Assembly: GCA_041572575.1 (NCBI GenBank)
Contig: JBFFSH010000032.1
Span: 1-26,603 of the forward strand
DNA: 26,603 bases
Reading direction: 5' to 3'
From: Thermodesulfobacteriota bacterium
GTDB lineage: Bacteria; Desulfobacterota_D; UBA1144; Nemesobacterales; N074bin48
The translations under genes were made by a program, and so were the position numbers. Numbering within the stretch: the first letter of the stretch is position 1; each line of letters begins with the position of its first letter. The notes under the pieces were generated by a model that searched no databases, had not been told where the DNA came from, and saw only the letters and a program-made list of their open reading frames with translations. Below are positions 17,288-26,445 of this stretch, piece by piece.

Positions 17288-20200
17288 TTACATAAACTCA
17301 ATCTTATCAATCTCGCCCATGAGCCGGCCGGTCTCTGTGAGCGCGACGATGATCTTCTGGTAGTGCATGATGTCTTCAAATGAGAGCCTGCGTCCTTTTC
17401 TGTCTTTGAGCCATTTCTGGGCGGGCTGGTAGCCGCCGATGTAAAATTCCCACGCCGTCTGCGGGACATTATCAAAATACTGCGTCTCGTTGATCCAGAC
17501 CCTGCCGCCCGCATATTTAACCCTGCCGACCTCGTTGTCCCCGCTCTGCGGATAGTTGGTTATACGCTGACTGACCACGGGCGATTCGAGCAGGTGGATT
17601 TGCCTTATCTGCCCGCCAAGCTCAACCAGCTTCCAAAAAGTTTCTGCGTCTTTTGGATAAGGAACCCTCGGAAAATCTATCTTTAAAAACTCCTTAAACT
17701 TCTCCCTGTAAGAAGGGGAGTGGAGCACGGCGTATATGTAGTCCAGAATATCTATGGGCGCAAATGTATTTTCGGTCTCCTCTTTTTCATTTGTAAATGT
17801 CATCCCCAGCCCGGCCTCAATCTCCTTTACTATATCCGGATTCAAATTCGGCGTTCTGCCGGTATTACCTTCCAATGACCCCTGCTCATTGTCTGGGTAG
17901 AGGTAGAGTGGGAATACATAATTTAGTTCACCTGTCTGCATAGAAACATTGCATCTTTCAGATATTGTATTTGAAAGAAATATATGTTGGAAATCAAACG
18001 ATGTTTGTCTTTTACACAAAAGTAGAGCTATATTTTTCTTAAATAGTAAATGTCTCATCACATCATGCCTGGGTCTCCATAATATTCCTTGGCTATTTTC
18101 TGAATATAGTGTATGTCTGATATCGAATGGTCTGTAAGATATCAGTGTTTTAACATGTTCACTAGCACTCTCTACATCATTTTTTACTTGTAGTGTCTTG
18201 TGATGAGCTAAATTATATTTTTTGGATATTTCACTTACATCTAAATTCAATAAGTCTAGCTCGAGTTGCTTTGTCTCAATATCAGTGAAATTTATAACAA
18301 ATTTATCCTTAGCTGTTTCTATGCCTGAACTGTAAATCTTCAACATTTCATTAATAGGAAAATATGAATTATATTCATCTTCAGAAGCAAAATCTTTTGG
18401 AACGAAAAAATAATAATTATTTTTCGGATTTAATCTCTTCCATTCAATTGATTTTATATCAGATTCAAACAAATACTTATATTTTTCATCTTCAATTCCA
18501 TATACATCGCAGTGATAAATATCTGTAGGATTATTTCTATCAGTGGTCTTGATAAAAATATTAATACTTACACCGATTATGATATCAAACACGTTGTCGT
18601 CCTTATCTCCACTAGGTGTTGTTTCGTTTTTTCTAGTACTACCATGCAAGTCTAAAATATATATTTTATTAAAACTATCCATTAGAGACCTTCTCATAAT
18701 TCTATGAGTAGTACCATCTAGAAAACTATTATTTGATATAAATGCAAGTACTCCTTCTCCATTTTTTTCTATTATATGTTGGGCATATCTTATAAACTTA
18801 ATATAATCATCTTCAATATTATGTTTTCTTTCATTCAACCCCTTTTTATAATCAGTAATAAGGTTCTGAATCCATTCCCCTTTATTACTACTACTCACAC
18901 TATACGGCGGATTGCCGAGGACGACCATCACGGGGGTGTCGCGTTTTACCTCGTTTGCCTATTTGGCCTCGTTGGCAAGCCATGTTGAAAACAGGCTTCC
19001 GGTCTCCTCGTGATACTCTTCAAGCGCATTGGTGAGGTAAACCTTGAGCCGCTTGTTAGACTGGTGCTTGTAGCCGGTCTCTTCCAAAAGCATGCCGAGC
19101 TTGAGGTGCGCCATGGCATAGGGAGCCATGAGGATTTCAAAGCCGTGCAGGCGCGGTATGAGGTGCTCGTCCACGTAATTGTTCCAGATGCCCTGCCGTC
19201 CCTCAAAGCATTTGTGTATCTGCCTTATGACCTCGGCAAGGAACGTGCCCGTGCCGCAGGCGGGGTCGAGTATCTGCACCCTGTGAACCTCTTTGTCTAT
19301 GTTCCTGTAGCCCGAGCTGTAACGCTGGTCTGCCACCTGCGTGTCCTGCTTTAGCGTGATCCTGGACGTGTCGGCAAGCCCTGCCGAAAGCCCGAACTCG
19401 GTCTTTAAAATATCATCCACCGCCCGCACTATGAAGTTCACCACAGGCTCCGGCGTGTACCACACCCCGCGGCTCTTTCTCAGCTTTGGGTCATACTCCG
19501 AGAGAAACGTCTCGTAGAAATGAATAATGGGGTCGTGCTGCTGCGTGGCCCTGCCAAAGTTTTGCAGGAGAGCCTTTACGTCTGTGAGCCTGAATATATC
19601 GGCAAGCGAGTTCACTATCCACTTCTGCCTGTCATCCAGATCATATCCGGCGATGTCATGAAAGAGCTTTCTTAAGAAAGGGTTAGTCTTCGGGATAAGC
19701 TCTGCCGCCTCCTGCCGTGAAAAATCCCCGAGCGTGGGATCGTGAAGACGCGCGGCAAACATGCCGTAGGCGATGGTCTGGGCATAGATGTCGGCAAATG
19801 TCTTCGGGTCTATGTCGTGAATCAACACCTTCTTAAAAGCCTCGAGCTGCTGTTTGATGTCACTCTCTGCGTTTTCTTCCAAATCCTTTATCAATGCGTT
19901 TTCAATAACATGCGCAAACATCCGCGCCTTTGCCGCCATGAGCTTTGATAGCCTCGATGCGGACTTTATCGTCTGCCCCACGAACCGGCAGAAGTTAGTG
20001 ATGAGGTCTGTGAAGTGGTCGAAATTTTCAGGCATAGGAAGGACGGAGTTTCCTTCTCTCTTTCCTATTTCCACGGTCTCTTTAAGCTCGCCGTATTCGT
20101 AGAAGCGGAATTCGATGTAATTTGTGATGATGAGGTTTTCGAGCGCCGCCCTGTAGCGGTCGAACTGCTCTTTGAATTCCTTATTGTCTAGGTCTTTGTC

Positions 20201-20419
20201 TATGTCCTTTGCCTCGATAAACCCGATGTGTATGTCGCCCTTTGATATGAGATAGTCCGGCGACCCGCAGTCTGTGACCTTCGAGGGCTCGTTTGTGATG
20301 AGATAGCCCGCCGGCGCCATCTTCTTTAGCAGGTCGTGCAGGTCGGGCCTGTAGCCGTGCTCTTTTGTGTGTCCTGATTGATGCCTTTTATTAAGATCAT
20401 TTATATATTCTGCGAGCAT
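17288..20419 (-). pseudogene. Type IIG/ISP-like fused endonuclease / N6-adenine methyltransferase / specificity protein (1043 codons) interrupted by one in-frame TAG at 18959-18961
   Basis: PD..EAK nuclease motif, GVWYTP, motif I ILDPACGTGTF, motif IV GNPPY, and C-terminal YIYAVLHSPSYR..DFPRVP..IGGYQ..KWLKDRK. Junction reads ..LANEAK*ANEVKRDTPVMVVLGNPPY. Confidence 0.88.
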
Positions 20420-20421
20420 AA

Positions 20422-21582
20422 TTAATTTAAAACCTTATGTTTATTTGATTGAAATACATCAGACATTTCCAATTTGTTAAATTTATTTAAATCTGCATAT
20501 ACTTTTTTAAACATGTCTGTCTTATTAACAGACTTGAAATCAATATTATCAAGATCAGATTTTAAATTGTACCACGACCTGTCTGATTGGTTATCAAGCA
20601 AATTCCTCAGACCCTTGGATCCTATTGATTCAATTATATAGATAGCGCCAATTAATTGAAGTATTTTTGAATTTTTATAGTTTGCAGCTTTATTTATTTG
20701 AATAAAGTAATCCTCTGGCTTTATTTGTTTATCCACACCTATAAACCATTCATCAAATATAGCATCAAAATGGTAAAGTAAGATTTTCTTAGAAATAGTA
20801 CTATTAAATAAATTGTTGGATGTAATTCCCGAATTAATACCCGTCTTTTTCAGTATGTTTTCTATAGTTCTCTTATTACCCAATCTTATCTCCATTCTAA
20901 TAACATCAGGGTTATTAGTTTCTTTATATTTCTTGAATAAATCAAGCTGCATGTCATTATCCCTTTCTATTGCTCTTTTATCTGACACCTTAGCCTTTTC
21001 GAGGTCTTTAATCTTATCATAAAACACTATTTGATATGAGTTAGTATGATAACGTAAAGCATGACCGCCATTTCTAAAATCTGTAGTGCTTAAATCTAAT
21101 CGTTTACTGATGTTAACTTTATTTAATTCAGATAATATCATGGCACTATTCAGGTGTTTATCCAAGATTATATTCTTTGAGTAATGAATCGAAGATACTT
21201 TGGCATTTTTCAGTGCATCAATAGTAGTAACAACACCCATAATTAATAATTGATCTTTTAGCTTGTAAATCAGCCTATCAAAATCGTTATCTTCCAGTTC
21301 ATCGAAGTTATTTCCAAATAATAGTTTAGGAGCTGAAAACTCTATTTTGAGCTGAACAAAAAAGCCATTAGGTTTATTTCTCATAAAAAGTGTGAGTCTG
21401 GGTAAATATCCATGCCTTTTTTTATCATCTTTTGTAGGATTATTTACTGATCTCAGATAGTTTCTATTGGATAACTTATAATACGGTTCAAACATTATGT
21501 TTTCAGCACTAGGATTAAACCTTTGAGGTTTATTAATTAAGAATGAAGGTCTTTCTAAAATTATTGAGACAGTATCTATCAT
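20422..21582 (-). CDS. Putative rolling-circle replication initiator/relaxase (Rep_trans, phage gene II/X-like)
   Basis: Likely start MIDTV (ATG 21582, 4 nt after the upstream stop); EFSAPKLLFGNN, FYDK (candidate catalytic Tyr) and RMEIRL motifs. Confidence 0.65.
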   Translation of the reverse strand: MIDTVSIILERPSFLINKPQRFNPSAENIMFEPYYKLSNRNYLRSVNNPTKDDKKRHGYLPRLTLFMRNKPNGFFVQLKIEFSAPKLLFGNNFDELEDNDFDRLIYKLKDQLLIMGVVTTIDALKNAKVSSIHYSKNIILDKHLNSAMILSELNKVNISKRLDLSTTDFRNGGHALRYHTNSYQIVFYDKIKDLEKAKVSDKRAIERDNDMQLDLFKKYKETNNPDVIRMEIRLGNKRTIENILKKTGINSGITSNNLFNSTISKKILLYHFDAIFDEWFIGVDKQIKPEDYFIQINKAANYKNSKILQLIGAIYIIESIGSKGLRNLLDNQSDRSWYNLKSDLDNIDFKSVNKTDMFKKVYADLNKFNKLEMSDVFQSNKHKVLN

Positions 21583-21586
21583 ATCT

Positions 21587-21781
21587 TTAGTGTTTATAAA
21601 TATTGATTTCCTCTGTAGATTGAGAATTATCATCATTTTTAATATTGAGATTGTTTTCCTTAACGATTTCCAGAAGAGTTTCGAAGAAACCTAAAAGATT
21701 AGATTCTGATTCTATTTCATTAGAACCCGGATATTTTTCTTCAAGAAGATTTCTTAATGATGGATACAAATCTTTCTTCAT
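21587..21781 (-). CDS. Small hypothetical protein (64 aa) coupled to the rep gene
   Basis: ATG at 21781 preferred over the GTG at 21826; helical NLLGFFETLLEI motif; stop abuts the rep start. Confidence 0.55.
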   Translation of the reverse strand: MKKDLYPSLRNLLEEKYPGSNEIESESNLLGFFETLLEIVKENNLNIKNDDNSQSTEEINIYKH

Positions 21782-21873
21782 ATATATACAGCATATGAAG
21801 AAGAATTGATTTGTCGTTTCAGTCACCCAGTTTCACCACAAATCACCACAAATTGGGGTACTTTTAGCAATAT

Positions 21874-22587
21874 TCAGGTGATTTTAATGTGATTAATACC
21901 TAGATCATCAAGTGTCTGTTTATCGACTGGATTTCTGAACATTATGTTGGTTTTATTAATTGAAAAAAAAGCTCGGCCTAATTCTTTTTTAAATCCAAGC
22001 TCCTTAACAATATCATGTAAACGTTTAGCACCTAATTTAACACGTGCTTCATTTATTAATTGATCTCTTGTAACCAAATTATTAGGGTTTGTGTATAAAT
22101 AACTAAATACTAAATCATTAACACTGTTAAAATTAGGTCTTGCCAAAAGAAAGATATCATTAAGTATGATTTCTCTATTATCAGTATATTTAATATTAAG
22201 AGACTTTTCTTCAGTTGGTTTACTAGATTTCGATTTTACTTTTCTTTCAATATGTTTTGCATTGGCAAGTATATATTCTTTGTAAAAACCATCAAATTTC
22301 CTCAATAATTTTAATTTGTAGCTTTCTTCCACTATTGGATTTATTTCTATACCAAAGTTTTCATCTCTAAATAATTTTCTTGGTGATTTACATGAAAGCG
22401 ATTGAATTTTGATGATCTTGTCATCTTTTTCGAATTTGTGGAGTAAGTTATCTAAATCAATTATAGAGAGTTTCTTAGTCCAATCACCATTTGGATGTAA
22501 CAATACTGTATCACCTTTAGGCGATTGTTTTTGTATTGATTTAATAGCGACCAAGACAAAAAAAGTATTTATTATTGTGTCCATCAA
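21874..22587 (-). CDS. Hypothetical protein with possible C-terminal winged-helix domain
   Basis: 237-aa ORF in AT-rich DNA; VFSYLYTNPNNLVTRDQL resembles OmpR-type winged-helix segments. Confidence 0.6.
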   Translation of the reverse strand: MMDTIINTFFVLVAIKSIQKQSPKGDTVLLHPNGDWTKKLSIIDLDNLLHKFEKDDKIIKIQSLSCKSPRKLFRDENFGIEINPIVEESYKLKLLRKFDGFYKEYILANAKHIERKVKSKSSKPTEEKSLNIKYTDNREIILNDIFLLARPNFNSVNDLVFSYLYTNPNNLVTRDQLINEARVKLGAKRLHDIVKELGFKKELGRAFFSINKTNIMFRNPVDKQTLDDLGINHIKIT

Positions 22588-22665
22588 TTAAATTTTAATT
22601 GGATATAATACTTATTTATACTAGAATTAAATATTAATATATTTCCATAATAATATACATATAAT

Positions 22666-23616
22666 ATGAACAAAAATTTAGGGACATTAAATAGAGTTGA
22701 TTTAAGAGATTTTTGGAAAGATGAAGCTAGAGAATTTACACCTTGGCTATCCAAAGAAGAAAACCTCAATATTTTAGCTAATACTTTAGGACTTGATTTG
22801 GAATTGGTCAATACAGAAGTACATGTTGGAAATTTTAATGCCGATATTTTAGCCCATGATATTTCAGATGAAAGAAAAGTAATAATTGAAAATCAGCTAG
22901 AAAAGACTAATCATGATCATTTAGGCAAAATAATAACATATGCATCGGGCCTTGATGCTGAAGTAATTGTTTGGATATGTAGTAAAGTTACAGCTGAACA
23001 CCGTAAAGCAATTGATTGGTTAAATGAAATAACAGACGAAAAAATATCTTTCTTCGCATTAGAAATAGAATTGTGGCAAATCAACGATTCAGCACTAGCA
23101 CCAAAATTTAATATTGTTTGTAGTCCAAATGAATGGGCTAAATATGTCAAGAAAACCGCGACCCAGAGAGAGTTAACCGAAACAAAGCAACTTCAATATG
23201 AATTTTGGAATTCATTTAAAGAATATATGGAAGAAATAGGCACATCTTTAAAATTAAGGACACCAAGACCAGCACATTGGTATAGTGTCTCAGTAGGTAG
23301 GTCACAATTTACTATCGGTTTAACAGTAAATACACAGCTGAAAAGATTAGGATGTGAAATATATATAAGGGGAGTAAATGCCAAACGCGCTTTTTCAGCT
23401 TTAAAAGAGCAAATACATGATATTGAAAGTGAATTAGGATATGAATTAGATTGGCAGGAATTACCCGATAAACAGGATGCTAGGATAATATATTATACAG
23501 ATGGGAATATTTTAAACCGTAACTCTTGGAATCAACATTTTTCGTGGTTTAAAGAACACTCTGAGAGTTTTCATCGAGTTTTTTCTAAAAGAATAAGGAA
23601 TATTAATTTATCTTAA
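22666..23616 (+). CDS. DUF4268-type protein with N-terminal endonuclease-like (PD-(D/E)XK) domain
   Basis: EAREFTPWL, ADIL..VIIENQL..HDHLGK, Q..FW..F and IESELG..LDW motifs. Confidence 0.8.
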   Translation: MNKNLGTLNRVDLRDFWKDEAREFTPWLSKEENLNILANTLGLDLELVNTEVHVGNFNADILAHDISDERKVIIENQLEKTNHDHLGKIITYASGLDAEVIVWICSKVTAEHRKAIDWLNEITDEKISFFALEIELWQINDSALAPKFNIVCSPNEWAKYVKKTATQRELTETKQLQYEFWNSFKEYMEEIGTSLKLRTPRPAHWYSVSVGRSQFTIGLTVNTQLKRLGCEIYIRGVNAKRAFSALKEQIHDIESELGYELDWQELPDKQDARIIYYTDGNILNRNSWNQHFSWFKEHSESFHRVFSKRIRNINLS

Positions 23617-23620
23617 TTGG

Positions 23621-24376
23621 ATGTCAGAATTTTATACTCCGAAAAAAACTAGAAATCTTTACGATCCTGAGAACACAAGGCCGTTCAAATTAAGCAGATC
23701 AAAAATAGAATTATTCATGGAATGTCCTAAGTGCTTCTATTTAGATAACAAAATAGGAGTCAGAAGGCCACCTGGCTTTCCATTTGCTCTAAATAGTGCT
23801 GTTGATGCATTACTAAAAAAAGAGTTTGATTTATATCGAGAAGATGGAACTAAACATCCGATAATCATTGAGTATGGTGTGGATGCAATCCCTGCAAAAC
23901 ATGTGGATTTAGATGATTGGAGAAACAATTTCAGAGGTGTTCAATATCTTCATGAACCTACTAATTTACTGTTATATGGGGCCATTGATGATCTGTGGAT
24001 TAACTCCAAAGACGAATATATTGTAGTTGATTATAAATCGACAGCTAAAGAAGAGGAAGTAACTGCTTTGGATAAGGACTGGATGGATGGTTATAAAAGA
24101 CAGATGGAAATATACCAGTGGTTATTAATGCAAAATGATTACAAAGTTTCAGACACTGGTTACTTTGTATATTGTAATGGAAGGACAGACCTAGATAGAT
24201 TTAGTAGAAAATTATTATTCAGAAAAACATTGATTGCATATGCTGGAAAGCATGATTGGATTGAAGATGTTGTATATAATATATATCAGTGCCTAAACTC
24301 TGAAGAAATTCCATCAAGTAATGCTAATTGTGATTTTTGTCGGTATAGAGAAGCTGTAGATGATGTACTACAGTAA
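23621..24376 (+). CDS. PD-(D/E)XK (RecB/Cas4-like) nuclease
   Basis: LSRSKI...CPKC, GAIDD, VVDYKS, QMEIY and C-terminal CDFC. Confidence 0.85.
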   Translation: MSEFYTPKKTRNLYDPENTRPFKLSRSKIELFMECPKCFYLDNKIGVRRPPGFPFALNSAVDALLKKEFDLYREDGTKHPIIIEYGVDAIPAKHVDLDDWRNNFRGVQYLHEPTNLLLYGAIDDLWINSKDEYIVVDYKSTAKEEEVTALDKDWMDGYKRQMEIYQWLLMQNDYKVSDTGYFVYCNGRTDLDRFSRKLLFRKTLIAYAGKHDWIEDVVYNIYQCLNSEEIPSSNANCDFCRYREAVDDVLQ

Positions 24377-24429
24377 AATATCATAATATTATTTGCTCTG
24401 CTTTTCGTAGAACAACCAAGTAATCCCGA

Positions 24430-24455
24430 GTTCGAAGAGTATACAAGAGCCCCAG
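24430..24455 (+). repeat. Right attachment site (core GCCCCAG at 24449-24455)
   Basis: GTTCGAA-gagtataca-AGAGCCCCAG mirrors the tRNA 3' end. The minus strand continues the recombinase frame for 22 codons to a TGA at 24381-24383. Confidence 0.6.
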
Positions 24456-24668
24456 AAATTACTTTTCAGGTTTTGGCTACAACTATTTAATAATAGTTAA
24501 TAAGACAAGAACTTTACTAAAAACAGAATAGTTTTTAACCCTTGCCACTCCTTTTGAATAAGTGTATCGCTTAGGTTAATGAGTGTGCCAAAACCAATGT
24601 AATATTGAAGACAACGGCTCTCAAATCAAGACGTACTGTTGGCCCTGGAGTGAGCAAAAACGTGTAAC

Positions 24669-25613
24669 TTAGATTGCAGTGAAACCAAGCCAGACACTCC
24701 AAGCAATGAGCAGAATACCCATTACTCTTCCAAACACAACACCAGCAGGCAGCACTTTTTCCACAAGAACGAGCAACGCGAGGCCAATTATCCAAATCAG
24801 GTTCATGACACCCCCATAGAACAGGAGGGCCATTAGAAACCAGCAACATCCTAAACAGAATGCTCCGTGTTCTATACCCATCCTGAATGCGCCCCAAACG
24901 CCTGGGTGCCAATTCGTAGACAGGAAGCTAATCGGGGACCTGCAATGGCGCAGACATACTGTCTTGAACGGTGTTAGTTGCCAGACGCCAGCCGCTAGTA
25001 ATAGGCCCGAACTCAGAAGTTTGCTCGTCGACATCATCATGTCAGAGAGAAGTTCTCCGCGTACCAACGCCCATTGTACGACTACCGCAATTAAACTGAA
25101 TACCCCCCACATAGCCAAGTAGCCGGCGATAAACACAGTCGTGGGCATTAGTAGTCGGTATGAAGGAATTATGCTTGGTCCAGTGCCGTCAACATGTGCA
25201 AACCCCTTTCTCGTAACCACAGCATGCAATAGCACCATAGGTGCTGCACTAGGTAGCATCATTGCAATCATCATAAACCACCACATCGAAAACATAAGAA
25301 GTGCATAGCTCGGCGTCCATGTGACACGTGATACAAACATGTTTGCCATGTTCGATTGGCTGCTAATCCATGTCATCGTTTCATGGCGAGACATAATGTC
25401 CGTGCCCGGAATTGAAGTCTCCATGCTCATCTGGACCGGAACAAACACAGCCATCTCATGTGGATACATGCCTGTTCCCGCCCCGGCTAAGAGATACAGC
25501 CAACATGCCGCAATCACGGTAACAAGAACAAATATTACTACTTCCCGGTCTCGACGTAAGACTACCTCAAGCATATCAGTAGAATTTACTGGAGAACGCT
25601 TGGTCTTAATCAT
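24669..25613 (-). CDS. DUF2182-family predicted metal-binding integral membrane protein
   Basis: MWWFMMIAMMLPS, QLTPFK..CL..CRSP and CLGCCW.LM.LLF.GGVMN motifs. Confidence 0.9.
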   Translation of the reverse strand: MIKTKRSPVNSTDMLEVVLRRDREVVIFVLVTVIAACWLYLLAGAGTGMYPHEMAVFVPVQMSMETSIPGTDIMSRHETMTWISSQSNMANMFVSRVTWTPSYALLMFSMWWFMMIAMMLPSAAPMVLLHAVVTRKGFAHVDGTGPSIIPSYRLLMPTTVFIAGYLAMWGVFSLIAVVVQWALVRGELLSDMMMSTSKLLSSGLLLAAGVWQLTPFKTVCLRHCRSPISFLSTNWHPGVWGAFRMGIEHGAFCLGCCWFLMALLFYGGVMNLIWIIGLALLVLVEKVLPAGVVFGRVMGILLIAWSVWLGFTAI

Positions 25614-25642
25614 TTTGTCGGGCTTTCCACGCTAATACTGAT

Positions 25643-26311
25643 TCATACTCCAAGCCATGCTGTGAGCCTTGATCTTTCACGGACCAACCCATCCTGATTG
25701 AAGTGGTGAACACAAAAATGCGCCCATGAATCTTCGAAAGCCATCTCCATATCGCCCGCCACCGAGGTCGTGCCTAGCCCAATTTCTGCATAGGTAAACT
25801 CAAAACTGCCACTAGGACGCGCCAACGCAATGTGGAACGGCTCATCATCAAATTCGTTTATTATCGGCCTGCCGCTACTGCTCATGATGCCCGGTATATT
25901 AACCCTCGCGGTTCTGAGTTCAAAGTTCGCTTCGAGACTAATCGGAAGGAACAATGTTTCACAAAATTCCGAGCATGTGGACGCGAATACGGAGAAGAAA
26001 TTGCTTAATGGTTTGCATGCTCCACCTGAGATAATTGCTTCAAGCGCTACACGTTGTGCTTTACTCGCACGTTCGTCGATAATAATCTGACGTTTACCAT
26101 TTCCATCCTTTATCTCCCTAGGCCACTTGTATAGCCCAGCCCAATTCAATCCTGTGAGTGGAGTATCATTGAAGTGGCCTTCAACAATATTACCAACAAA
26201 GGCAGATTGGCAATAACCGTGGGTACTAGGTAAGTAGAACTGGCAACCACAATTCACAGCACAATTGCAGTTATCATATGTTTCACTCTTAAACAGCCAT
26301 TGATCAGCCAT
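25643..26311 (-). CDS. DUF1326-family protein
   Basis: CNC...CGC..P..G.C, G....L.GL and IDERA...QR.AL..I motifs; usual partner of DUF2182. Confidence 0.88.
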   Translation of the reverse strand: MADQWLFKSETYDNCNCAVNCGCQFYLPSTHGYCQSAFVGNIVEGHFNDTPLTGLNWAGLYKWPREIKDGNGKRQIIIDERASKAQRVALEAIISGGACKPLSNFFSVFASTCSEFCETLFLPISLEANFELRTARVNIPGIMSSSGRPIINEFDDEPFHIALARPSGSFEFTYAEIGLGTTSVAGDMEMAFEDSWAHFCVHHFNQDGLVRERSRLTAWLGV

Positions 26312-26445
26312 ATTGCTGAACCTCTTCTGATTAGCTCCGTCCCTTTCCCACTAGGGCGTCTGCTCACCAAGGATAGCTCATCTATGCCTTATAACTAATA
26401 GTAATCAGTCTAAAAACAATAAAATTATACAACTTTAAGGCCGTA

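Larger units (their letters stand above)
15789..24455. mobile_element. ~8.7-kb tRNA-Gln-integrated element (serine recombinase, R-M, Rep_trans-like initiator, nucleases)
   Basis: Recombinase overlaps the tRNA 3' end; direct core GCCCCAG at 15789-15795 and 24449-24455; accessory gene content confined between the two cores. Confidence 0.78.

Noticed and set aside
17266..17514. N-terminal extension of the 262-aa track ORF
   Set aside because: It overlaps the R-M gene in another frame. The recombinase fold begins at MKAIILARVSS (17265), downstream of an AAGGAG.
16726..18961. Alternative genetic code, selenocysteine or pyrrolysine explaining the internal stops
   Set aside because: Two different codons would need recoding, and TGA and TAG end other genes here normally. 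I see no SECIS-like hairpin after the TGA and no sel/pyl genes. The tRNA anticodon is CTG, not the amber suppressor CTA.
18946..19206. 86-aa ORF suggesting a programmed frameshift in the R-M gene
   Set aside because: The two halves are already in the same frame across one TAG, and there is no slippery run or repeat tract.
23621..24376. CRISPR-Cas locus implied by the Cas4-like nuclease
   Set aside because: No repeat-spacer array or cas1/cas2 anywhere in the window.
356..26090. Numerous short antisense or alternate-frame ORFs in the track
   Set aside because: They lie within well-supported genes and show no motifs. Similarity between some of them (e.g. 590-1060 and 4731-5135) simply reflects the duplicated Cys-rich tail.
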